From: Candidatus Bathyarchaeota archaeon
GTDB taxonomy: Archaea; Thermoproteota; Bathyarchaeia; TCS64
NCBI GenBank assembly: GCA_963771885.1
Contig: CAVYVF010000022.1
Location: 320,001 to 384,000 of the forward strand
Length of the DNA: 64,000 bases
Direction of reading: 5' to 3'
The notes under the pieces are model-generated. The model had not been told where the DNA came from. It searched no databases and was given only the letters and a program-made list of their open reading frames with translations. The position numbers and the translations under genes were made by a program. Shown piece after piece: positions 42,566 through 51,965 of this stretch (within the stretch, counting starts at the first letter, position 1; every line of letters begins with the position of its first letter).

Positions 42566-42852
42566 TCTCCTCCCCCCCAACCATTAAAAAATGAATGTAT
42601 CGATAACATTATTCTGAATCGTTAATACAGTTCTCCCGTCCATTTTCCTTAAATTAATTCTGAAATATACTCACCTCGTCAATCTCAAAGGTGTGTAATG
42701 ATGGTACAAACTGCAAAAGTAATAAACGAAAAGCTTGCAACAGTCCTCGCTATTAGGAGTCGGGGCGATAACCTGCGCGGCCTTCATGTATTGGATGTAC
42801 GCCCTCTTCATCTAAATACTGAATTCTCTACTGAATCTCAGCTAATCGTTTA

Positions 42853-43768
42853 TCATTTAAAAAATCCGCTTAGGTTGATCGATCCGATAACTAGGCAGAT
42901 CGATAATACGAAGATGAACGTCACTATCGTCTTTCGGCTCTTCATGATCACGCCCATCTCAATAGTGTTACTGCTGGGCTGAGACTCATCATAATCGGAA
43001 TCAGGTTTCTGAGGAAGATCAGGCCACCGAGCAATATGTGATAGGTAGAAGCATGTTGTACCCGAAGTTGATGTAGGTGAATGGGGTGATCGTCATGATG
43101 ATGAACATGCCGGTGATGGCAAGTTGTAGCCTACGCTTCAACGTCGTAACAGAGGCAAGTGACTTGACGCCCTGAATCCTGTCTGCATCAATGTCCGTGG
43201 AGTCAAAACCAGTGGGCATGGAGAAGAATGCAAATATTGAGAACATCATGAAGCCGATGAACACCATCGGTGAAAAGGTGCCTAAGATCGCGTAACATAC
43301 ACTGAGACCAATAACCATAATGCCGCTGCTGATTACGAACTCTTTCACGAGGAACCTCTTCTTCAGATGAATCTTCGGGTAAGAGTATATCAGGAATAAA
43401 ACGTAGTAAAGTAGGCTAAGTAGAAAACTGGGTAAGTTGTTGAGGTAGCTTATCGAAAGCCCGATGATTGATGAAATGTAGACGAGTTTCATGGCGTTGG
43501 ATCTTGACACTAAACCTGATGCGAGAGGTCGGTCACTCTTGAATGTATTATTTTTATCTGCATCCATATCCACGATGTCGTTATAGACGTAAACTGCTGT
43601 CGCTAAGAAGAAGAAGGCCGTCATCGACATTAATGTCGTCGTTATTGGAGGGAATCCTCTACCAACAATCAGACTAGCTACAAGTGCGCACCATATCCAT
43701 AGGCCAAGGGCTTGCGTCCTTGATTTAATCAGTAGCCAGGAAGACTTAATGAAGGATTGTTCAGGCAT
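42853..43768 (-). CDS. UbiA-family prenyltransferase (paralog of 34711), two frameshifts in the 3' end
   Basis: YNDIVDMDAD, RPLASG, DSTD..ADRIQGVK. Downstream frames continue GLIFLRNLIPIM and VIGSINLSGFFK*, matching the paralog C-terminus. Confidence 0.85.
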
Positions 43769-44022
43769 ATACAGTCAGTCCACACTCGTATCATTAGTTC
43801 TAACTATTGGTCTATATAAGAGATTAGATTGAGCCATAATCTAGAAATCGCGGAAAAAAGGTTAAATTCATAATTTTAGACTTATTTTGGCAAGTTTTAT
43901 TTGGTTTAATAATATTCTTGCCGAGGTTTGATAGGACAAAAAATCAGAATTTCATCTCGTATAACCTATACTAATTCCCGACGATCAAAATCTTATGCAT
44001 TACACTTCTACATGGAAACTCT

Positions 44023-44992
44023 TCATTTAAAACTTCGAGCCATCTTAAAGACATCGAGGAAACCCATCCTCATGTCCATTCTCCTACGAGAATTCTCTAA
44101 TAGGACACGGGCATCCAACAAGTTCAGTGGACGACCGTTAGCGAGTTTGTCAACTACCTTTCTCTCTCTATCAAGCCAGCTGAATTCCCTAAGGATTTCA
44201 CCAGTGTAACCTTCGGGATCATCCCAATTATTTAGAAGAATTTGTACGCTTTTCATAGAGGTAACGATGCCGTCGCCGACTAGTGGAGAGACACATCCTA
44301 TTGCCTCTCCTACTCCCCAGATTTGAGGTGCGTCCCTCAACCACAAAGGGTATTGAGGCACCCGGCGCCGACAGGCGAACCACTCCTCTGCAACCGCAGA
44401 CTGGCTCGTTAACCTTCCAGCCTGCCAGCGTTGTGCCATCGTAACTATTCGCAGGGTCATCGTTAATACATCCAAAACCGATGTGAACGTGGTCTCCGAG
44501 TGGAAAATGCCAGGCATACCCGACCCCGCCGAGTTTTATCTTGATCTCATCTGACTCATCCGATTTCTTGACCTTGAATTGGATGCACGACATCAATAGG
44601 TCATTCTGAATCGGGGGTAAGAAAGCTCTCGCCACTCCGGTTGCATCAATAATTCGGTCATAATCAGAGGGGTTAAGGGGGCCATGCTTTACCTTTGCCG
44701 ATTGAGATAACGCCTTGACCCACCGTGGCTTGTCAAAGGTGATGAAGTCAGCCTTAACTTTGAAGTCGTCGAAAATCATGTGGTCATATCTACTGATGAT
44801 GTAGTCCTCGGGGTCAAGACCAGCTTCCTTGACCAGCTCGCGGAAGCCTAGTGATGTACCCCAGGCACATGAGTGAATACCGCAGGCAGTATCATTATGC
44901 CTCTCGTAGACGTCGGGGGAGAATCCCTCCTCTCTGAGGAGCCTGTAAAGATACGCGCCGGCTACGCCGAGGCCTGCGATGGCTATCCTCAG
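44023..44992 (-). CDS. FAD-dependent oxidoreductase (geranylgeranyl reductase-like), CTG start, frameshift near 44335
   Basis: Extension from CTG 44992 gives RIAIAGLGVAGAY (Rossmann GxGxxG) and CAWG, then IIDATG and GYAWHFP; second frame has VGEAIGCVSPLVGDGI. Confidence 0.85.
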
Positions 44993-45271
44993 ATTCTCTA
45001 CCTCCTAGATAGAGGAACCCTCATAGGCAGTATTATAATTATGGTAAAAGTAACCAAATATTTAGCTTTTACGCTCGAAGAGTTTTATAAATTGAGGAGA
45101 ACAGACTTACGGACATAGTATTTAGACCATTTGTGAAAGAGAATAACCAATAATATCTGAAATTGTTCAAAGTGACCTTGAGTAGTAAAGAAACATTAAT
45201 ATGAACTAAAAATAAGAACAATTTGGACGCAATCTTATTAATCACGATTACCGATGCTACTATGCTACATT

Positions 45272-46214
45272 ATGTATCAGGGGTATAGCATTGCAGTCGT
45301 TGTTCCAGCATACAATGAAGAGCTATTAATTGCGCAGACGTTAAAATCGATCCCTGATTATATCGATAAAATTTACGCAGTAGATGATGGTTCAAACGAC
45401 CGGACCCTAGATATAATCGAGGAAATTGCATCAAAAAATAAACAAATAATACCGATAAGTCATGAGGTGAATCGTCGGGGTAGGCGCATCCATTGTATCA
45501 GGCTACAAAAATAGCCTGAGAGACAACATAGACATAACTGTAGTAATGGCTGGCGATGCACAGATGGACCCCATGCACATCCCACAGCTCATACAACCTA
45601 TACTTGAAAACAAGGCAGATTATACTAAGGGAAACCGATTACTCAAAGTATCCCACATGAAGGGTATGAGCCCCTTCAGGAGAATTGGGAACTCGATTCT
45701 AACTATGCTCACAAAGGTATCCTCTGGATACTACGACCTCATGGATCCCCAAAACGGATACACCGCTATAACCAAGAGAGCGCTCGCAACAATCGAGCTC
45801 GAAGAGATCTACCCAAAATACGGTTACTGTAACGATCTTTTATGCAAACTGAACGTTTTCAACTTCTCAGTTGTGGATGTAGCTATACCTGCAAAATACG
45901 GAAGCGAAAAATCAAAGATAAAATACGGTCGCTATATAGTCAAGGTATCCTGGCTGCTCCTCAACAACTTCCTCTATCGGCAGAAAATGAAGTACATTTT
46001 CCAAGATCTAAGCCCTATCCCATTCCTGTTCCTTCTTGGAGTAATATTAACTCCTTATGGGCTATTCACTCTGGTAAATGGCCACTTTAACCCGGCTTTC
46101 GGCATGTCGTTGCCAATAATTATACTGGGGCTACAACTAACGCTAATAGCAACTTTCCTTGACATCAATTATAGCAAATATAACCATAAACCGAAGAAAC
46201 AGAAAAAAATCTGA
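45272..46214 (+). CDS. Glycosyltransferase family 2 (DPM synthase-like), frameshift near 45477
   Basis: VVPAYNEE, VDDGSND; after the shift GVGASIVSGY..MAGDAQMDP, KGNR, DPQNGY; C-terminal TMs. Confidence 0.88.
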
Positions 46215-46274
46215 CGGTTAATAATATTATTTATTGGAAAGCGTTATATCTACATCGTATAGTGGGGAGTAATA

Positions 46275-46955
46275 TTGAATACGTTAAGTATTTTATTAGG
46301 CTTTTTATTATTATTTTTCGGTTTTTCTATAATCTTGGTCGGCTGGAAGATTCATCGGCAAATGATTGGTCTGGCGGGGTTCATCACAGGAGCATTGATT
46401 GGTAACTTTATTTACGTGGAGATTCTTCGCCAAGATTTCTTTGTATTCCAGTTAGTACTTGTTCCACTCGTAGGTGTTGCCTTTCTTATTATTTTTCTCG
46501 TTTACGAAAGGTGGGCGCTATCGATTACGGGAGGCGTCGTCGGTGCATTGGTAATATCTGGTTTCACTTCAACTCGTGTCTTAATTGATTGGGATGCTGA
46601 GACCCCGATATTTGCCCCTCACTACAATTATGTCGCTCTTTTCGCTGCATTTCTCGTGTTTTTTTATCTCAGTCATAAATTCTTCAAATTAGGCTATATT
46701 TTCCTCTCAACGTTCATAGGTTCAATATTTATCGCCTATGGTGGGGTAGGGATAGGCTTTTGGAGTTATGATAATCTTGGTCTTTTCCTCCTCCTTTCAA
46801 TATTAACAGGCATCATTATTCAACTTCACAGCGAAGGTGAGGTGAAAGAGCGTCTGCTGAGGATCAATGATTACAAGTACTGTATATCATGTGGAAATCA
46901 ACTTAAACCTGGGACGTTAAAGTGTCCTCGTTGTGGGAAAAATAACAATTATTGA
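46275..46955 (+). CDS. Multi-pass membrane protein (DUF4203-like) with C-terminal zinc ribbon
   Basis: 6-7 TM; C-terminal YCISCG...CPRCG. Confidence 0.75.
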   Translation: MNTLSILLGFLLLFFGFSIILVGWKIHRQMIGLAGFITGALIGNFIYVEILRQDFFVFQLVLVPLVGVAFLIIFLVYERWALSITGGVVGALVISGFTSTRVLIDWDAETPIFAPHYNYVALFAAFLVFFYLSHKFFKLGYIFLSTFIGSIFIAYGGVGIGFWSYDNLGLFLLLSILTGIIIQLHSEGEVKERLLRINDYKYCISCGNQLKPGTLKCPRCGKNNNY

Positions 46956-47016
46956 AAAATTTGGTTTGTTAGTAGTTTTTTTAGATTAAATGGCTTCTAT
47001 CCTAATTAGGACCTAC

Positions 47017-48915
47017 TTAGCCTTGATTTGAAGTCTCTGCCCCATCCCGGGTTTTAGGTTTTTGTGGTATCTCGTTGTACAGCTGTAGGGGTAGAATTAT
47101 CTTCATCGTTGTGCCAATTCCTAACTCGGATACGATCTCAAGATCTCCCCCATGGGCTTTGATAATCTTACGACTTGAGGCGAGTTCTGGATGATCGCTG
47201 CTGGTTTGTGAGGTTTTAGAGCTCAGCGGTATTCCTATACCCGAGTTTTTGATCTCGATGACCAAATGGTCTCCTTCGTTCGTGGTAGAGATTTTTAGTA
47301 AGCCTTTACTGGGTAACATCTCAACAGCATTTGTGAGGATGTTGATGAGCGCATGACCCATCTTTCCTCGGTCAATTCTTATTATCTGTTTTTCGAGGGC
47401 TAGATGGACATCAATATCTGATGGGACGAGGATCGTTGATACGATTATGTCGATTAGGTTGGCGATGTCAACCTCTTCGAGATCAAGTCTCTCGGGTGTC
47501 GCTGTTTCATGGACTTGGCTCATTAATGTCGAAGCATTTTCAACTGCGTCGAGAATCGTGTGCTTCATTTCCTCACATTTTTCTGGTTTAGCATCCATCA
47601 AGTAGATTGCGTTAACAATTGTGTTTAATGTTCCCTTTAGCTCGTTTATGATTGAGTGTTTGAATGCGTCTTCATCTAGAATCTTTTCGGACTCTAGTAT
47701 TGTCATCGTGTTCTCCTTTTCTAGGAGTTCAACATTTGAAGAGTACTTCTTTATGTCTGTCTCTAACTTCTTCCTCTCGGTGATGTCTCTAACGAAGAGT
47801 AGGATCTCAGTCATTTCGTTTTCTATCTTCACTGCACTTGCACGGCCTTCTCCCCAGCCGGTTTTTCCTTCCTTATGGATCCACTGGAACTCTACGGTTG
47901 GGATTGAGCCACCTCTAAGGAGATCGTAGAACACTCTGACGAATTTGGGTATGTCCAGAGCTCTTATCGTTTTAATTGACCATACTTTTTTTCCTACGAT
48001 TTCTTGAGCCGAATATCCGGTGATCCGTGAGAATTCCTCATTTATCCAGGTAATATCTCCATTACGCGTCACCGTCATTATTCCATCGGGTGCTAATTCG
48101 ACGAGTGTACGGAATTTTATCTCTGATTTCTTAATTTTTGTTTCAAACGCCTTTCTTTCGGTGATGTCTCTTAGGAAGCATAAAATCCCCTTTTCTCCGA
48201 GGAAGTCTATAACACTTGCATTGATTACTACGGGTAGTAGTTTTCCGTTACTCTTTTTGATCTCGAGGTCGAAATCTAGCTGATTTTGTGTTCCATCGAG
48301 GAGGCTCTTGACTGCTTGTTCTGCCTCCCTTTTATCGATGCCGAAGAGAAGATCTATGCCGGTTTTCCCAAGTATTTTGCCATCTGAGGAAGCCTCCAGT
48401 AGGTTGAGTAGTGCATCGTTAACAAACGCTACTTTTCCATCAACGAGAATGGCGATGGAATCTTTCGCGTCTTTTACAATGTGGCTGTATACGTTCTCGA
48501 TTCTCTGCTTCTCTACGATGTTTCGTATCCGCTTTGCAATTACCTGGTAGTGTTGAGGTATCACTTCTTTGCGGAAATAGTCGTTTATCCCTACTGCAAA
48601 CGCTTTCTCGGCTACTTCTTCGCTTCCTTGGCCGGTGTAGATGATGATTGGTATAGAGCTCTCTTTTCTTATTTCTTTGGCGAGGTCTATGCCGTTCATG
48701 TTGGGCATCTGGAAGTCGGTTATGATACAGTCGTAGTCGTTTGAGCGTAGCACTTCGGTTACTTTGAGGGAATCATTTATCGAGTTAACTTCGATTTGGT
48801 TGTCAAAGGTTTGTATTAACTCTTTGAGCATGTTTAGTTGCCACTCGTCATCATCTACGTGAAGCACCTTGATCGGCTTGGATGATTGCCGGAATGGCAT
48901 TGCATCTGAGAGCAC
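47017..48915 (-). CDS. REC-PAS-PAS histidine-kinase-like protein with degenerate H and G boxes (pseudokinase)
   Basis: Colinear paralog of 40699..42565; H box reads INELKGTL, G1 reads NSGIG, G2 absent. Confidence 0.85.
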   Translation of the reverse strand: MLSDAMPFRQSSKPIKVLHVDDDEWQLNMLKELIQTFDNQIEVNSINDSLKVTEVLRSNDYDCIITDFQMPNMNGIDLAKEIRKESSIPIIIYTGQGSEEVAEKAFAVGINDYFRKEVIPQHYQVIAKRIRNIVEKQRIENVYSHIVKDAKDSIAILVDGKVAFVNDALLNLLEASSDGKILGKTGIDLLFGIDKREAEQAVKSLLDGTQNQLDFDLEIKKSNGKLLPVVINASVIDFLGEKGILCFLRDITERKAFETKIKKSEIKFRTLVELAPDGIMTVTRNGDITWINEEFSRITGYSAQEIVGKKVWSIKTIRALDIPKFVRVFYDLLRGGSIPTVEFQWIHKEGKTGWGEGRASAVKIENEMTEILLFVRDITERKKLETDIKKYSSNVELLEKENTMTILESEKILDEDAFKHSIINELKGTLNTIVNAIYLMDAKPEKCEEMKHTILDAVENASTLMSQVHETATPERLDLEEVDIANLIDIIVSTILVPSDIDVHLALEKQIIRIDRGKMGHALINILTNAVEMLPSKGLLKISTTNEGDHLVIEIKNSGIGIPLSSKTSQTSSDHPELASSRKIIKAHGGDLEIVSELGIGTTMKIILPLQLYNEIPQKPKTRDGAETSNQG

Positions 48916-49159
48916 AGTAACTGGTAATAAAACGATTAACTATCTCGAATCTATATTACCACTTCATAATGGGAAGTTGATTTTGTGTACTTCAAGAAGA
49001 TTGTAGCGCCGTACTTGACATTTAATATTTTACATGTTTATAATGTTGATCATAAAACGATTCTATCTAAATAGGATACTGATTATAGGTAAGAAATAGA
49101 TGTCCCGATAGATTATATATAATATCGCTCTATTATCGATTAAGAAAGAGGTATATTTG

Positions 49160-49315
49160 ATGACCACCAACTGTGTGAAATGCCAGGAAAAACTGGTGAA
49201 CTTCATAGCCTATCTGCCCAACCAGGGTGAGGTTTGTATAAGTTGTTACAGGGACTATGCAGTTAAAGAAGAAGCGAAAACGCTTGTGAAGAACCCTCGC
49301 ACTAAGAATCACTAA
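49160..49315 (+). CDS. 51-aa CxxC/CxxC zinc-finger microprotein (paralog of 34539..34697)
   Basis: GAGGT RBS; MTTNCVKCQEKLVNFIAYLPNQGEVCISCYRDYAVKEEAKTLVKNPRTKNH. Confidence 0.75.
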   Translation: MTTNCVKCQEKLVNFIAYLPNQGEVCISCYRDYAVKEEAKTLVKNPRTKNH

Positions 49316-49361
49316 TCCAGAAACCTATTAATTTCTATCGTTGATTCTGTAGGGTGCGAGA

Positions 49362-49436
49362 GCCGGGTTGGCTGAGTAGTTAGGCGACTGCCTGCAAAGC
49401 AGTAGCACGGAGGTTCAATTCCTTCGCCCGGCTCCA
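49362..49436 (+). tRNA. tRNA-Cys (GCA), intronless, CCA encoded
   Basis: Acceptor GCCGGGT/GCCCGGC, anticodon arm ACTGC-CTGCAAA-GCAGT, T arm GGAGG-TTCAATT-CCTTC, U73 discriminator then CCA. Confidence 0.95.
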
Positions 49437-49547
49437 ATTAACACTTCCAATTTAAGCCCTGTTTCATTTGGCGTGCGCGGTAGTGGGTTAATGAAATGAA
49501 GAACTTTTATAATCTCACGGTATTAGCCTCGAAGCAGGGCGGGGTAG

Positions 49548-51203
49548 ATGAGTTTGGGTAAGACTAGTTTGTATTTGGTATTTGGTGTGCTCGCACTATC
49601 TATTGTGCTGAATGGTTGCCTTTCAGAGGCTGTTTATGCCATAGATTCGTATACTTATGATTCAAGCATAAAGGAGGAGAATTTTATTCTTCACTCTCTT
49701 GATAATCCAGTTTTTGTCGGTGGGCAGGAAACGAAGTATGTTATGGATACTAACTTCGTCTATGGCTTTAAGACCCTGGAGCAGGCTAGGCTAGGTTCAT
49801 TATTCAAGCCAATAGGTCTACCGAAGAGCTCGCTGAACTTTTTCCTGTCCGCTCCGCTGACCAAGCCTCTGGAGCTTAGCGGGCAGTGGAAGGCGTCGAT
49901 ATGGGTCAACAGCACAGCGTACAAGCCAGTTGGATTCACTGTTGAGTTGATCGAGATATCTTCGTCTGGGAGCGTGATCTACGATACTGGCCAGCAGTCA
50001 CCCATCGTGATTTCGAGTATTGGAGAGCACCTGGACGTTCAGGTGACTAATTACGTGCTTGTTTCACCGATCAACCACGTCTTCCAGGAGGGGTCGGCAA
50101 TAGAGGTGAGAGTCGAAGTGAACGCGGGTTCAAGCAGCGAGACCCGGATATGGTTTGACTCCCCGATGTATCCGAGCAAAGTGATACTGCCCTGTATGGA
50201 TTACGCTCGACCTGTATCGATGAAGACGTATAATTGGGAGGGTGTAAGGACCGACGCATTCGACGTTGACGCTACATCGGATAAGAGGATTGTTGAGATC
50301 TCTGCTAATGTAACCGACCCCTTTGGCGGTTATGATGTGGCTTCAGTCGAGTTGGAAATTTATTATAATGGTACGCAGCGTGTGGCGGGACCCATGATTA
50401 TGACCCTCGTAGACTCCGAGATAGGTCAACGCCTCTACTCGATAAACTGGACCTATCCATCAAATATGTTGAGGGGTAACTACTCGGCAGTCATATCCGT
50501 AGTTGACAATAATGGGGCCTATTTTGAGAAGCAAAACGGGAGCCCCGACCCATTCATAGAAGAGGCGACGCATCCCTTCAGCCTCGGCCCCATTGTATAC
50601 TACAACCCTCTGATAACCATAAGGGACTCAGATGGGGATCCTGTGCCGGAGGCACAAGTATTTGTGAGTTATCCAAACGTCGCCCGAGACGAGTTGCCGC
50701 TTCTCACGGATATGAATGGAACGATTGTACTTACGAAGGTCGTACCCGCTAATTATACGCTTACAGTGATCTGGAAGAATAGCGTGGTAGCACACTCGGG
50801 AGTATACGTCAACTCTGACGGGCCTTTCAACGTATCAGCGAATGTGTACTCACTTACAGTAAATGTTGTTGATAACGTTGACAAACCCGTTACCGAAGCG
50901 TATGTTTTCGCCTACAGGGATAATCTTGGATACGGTTTTGGGACAACCGATGAAGAAGGCGTTGTGGTCTTCAAGGTTCCTAGTGGCATCTATGACCTTG
51001 AGACTCATTTCTCATCGACCTATCTGCTCAGCCATGTCTCATCGAACTCCACTAAGCCAGATCTTTCTATCGGGGAATCGACACAGATTACCTTAAAGTT
51101 AAACGATTATCCTCCGCCGCTATGGACAACTACAGGGTTTTTGGTCGTGCTAGCGGGAGCAGTTCTGCTAGTGATGATCCTGATGATCATCAGACGTAAT
51201 TAA
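49548..51203 (+). CDS. Secreted/surface protein with carboxypeptidase-regulatory-like (Ig-like) domains and C-terminal TM anchor
   Basis: Signal peptide, D..G.PV..A.V..TD..G repeats, C-terminal TM plus RRN. Confidence 0.8.
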   Translation: MSLGKTSLYLVFGVLALSIVLNGCLSEAVYAIDSYTYDSSIKEENFILHSLDNPVFVGGQETKYVMDTNFVYGFKTLEQARLGSLFKPIGLPKSSLNFFLSAPLTKPLELSGQWKASIWVNSTAYKPVGFTVELIEISSSGSVIYDTGQQSPIVISSIGEHLDVQVTNYVLVSPINHVFQEGSAIEVRVEVNAGSSSETRIWFDSPMYPSKVILPCMDYARPVSMKTYNWEGVRTDAFDVDATSDKRIVEISANVTDPFGGYDVASVELEIYYNGTQRVAGPMIMTLVDSEIGQRLYSINWTYPSNMLRGNYSAVISVVDNNGAYFEKQNGSPDPFIEEATHPFSLGPIVYYNPLITIRDSDGDPVPEAQVFVSYPNVARDELPLLTDMNGTIVLTKVVPANYTLTVIWKNSVVAHSGVYVNSDGPFNVSANVYSLTVNVVDNVDKPVTEAYVFAYRDNLGYGFGTTDEEGVVVFKVPSGIYDLETHFSSTYLLSHVSSNSTKPDLSIGESTQITLKLNDYPPPLWTTTGFLVVLAGAVLLVMILMIIRRN

Positions 51204-51251
51204 GATTAGCTATCAATCACAACTTTTTTTGACCATGTCGTGCGCGCGTAT

Positions 51252-51704
51252 TTATGGGTAGAAGTGGACTATCTTCGTCGGCACGACCCTTAACGTGACT
51301 TGGGTCTCTTCATCGAACTCGGGGTTGTAAGATGGCTCCTTATGATACTTGCCAAAGACCCAGCGTAGATACTCGTCATGGCCCTCCTCGGGCTTAAAGC
51401 CTAGCTCAGCCAGCCCGTAGACCAACGCATACTTGGATGGGATGTCACCTTCGTCCCAGGTCTTTGTGCCCTGCATGAGGAATGAGAGTGAAACGTTCTT
51501 GTTCCGTTTGATGTTTTCCACCCTCTTTGATTTTTTTATGGATACGAAGTAGAAGGCGTCGTCTCTGTAGTTGTACCATATCGGTGCAGCGTGGATGGTG
51601 CCATCCTTGTTATGGCTGCAGAGGATGGTTGTGTAAGATTCCTTGAATAGGTTCTGTATATCATCCTGTGTCATTTTGTTACTACTCAATAGATCCACTT
51701 CCAT
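51252..51704 (-). CDS. Pyridoxamine 5'-phosphate oxidase-like flavin/F420-binding protein
   Basis: DGTIHAAPIWY, SKRVENIKRN.NVSL, G.AEL. Confidence 0.82.
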   Translation of the reverse strand: MEVDLLSSNKMTQDDIQNLFKESYTTILCSHNKDGTIHAAPIWYNYRDDAFYFVSIKKSKRVENIKRNKNVSLSFLMQGTKTWDEGDIPSKYALVYGLAELGFKPEEGHDEYLRWVFGKYHKEPSYNPEFDEETQVTLRVVPTKIVHFYP

Positions 51705-51766
51705 AATGCTATTGCATTTCTCGGCTTTTAAGGGTCATGTGCTCGCTTTTTTGACGTGTGCGCGCA

Positions 51767-51867
51767 ATTCTCGTCCAGCTCAGTCACCGAAGTTCTGTAA
51801 GTATTGTGGTGGCGCCCTTTCGGCTAACAGTGTTTATTGTCCCCAATGTGGGAAAAAAGTAGAATGA
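51767..51867 (+). pseudogene. Orphan 3' fragment encoding a double-CxxC zinc ribbon
   Basis: KFCKYCG.......YCPQCGKKVE* with no plausible own start; begins immediately after the tract at 51754-51766. Confidence 0.6.
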
Positions 51868-51965
51868 GTTCACGTGCTCGCGGGATGAATGTGCATACAT
51901 AGCATTCATTTATATCTGCATTCAATGAAATCTTTACAATACTTTCTCCTAACGATGGTGGTCAA

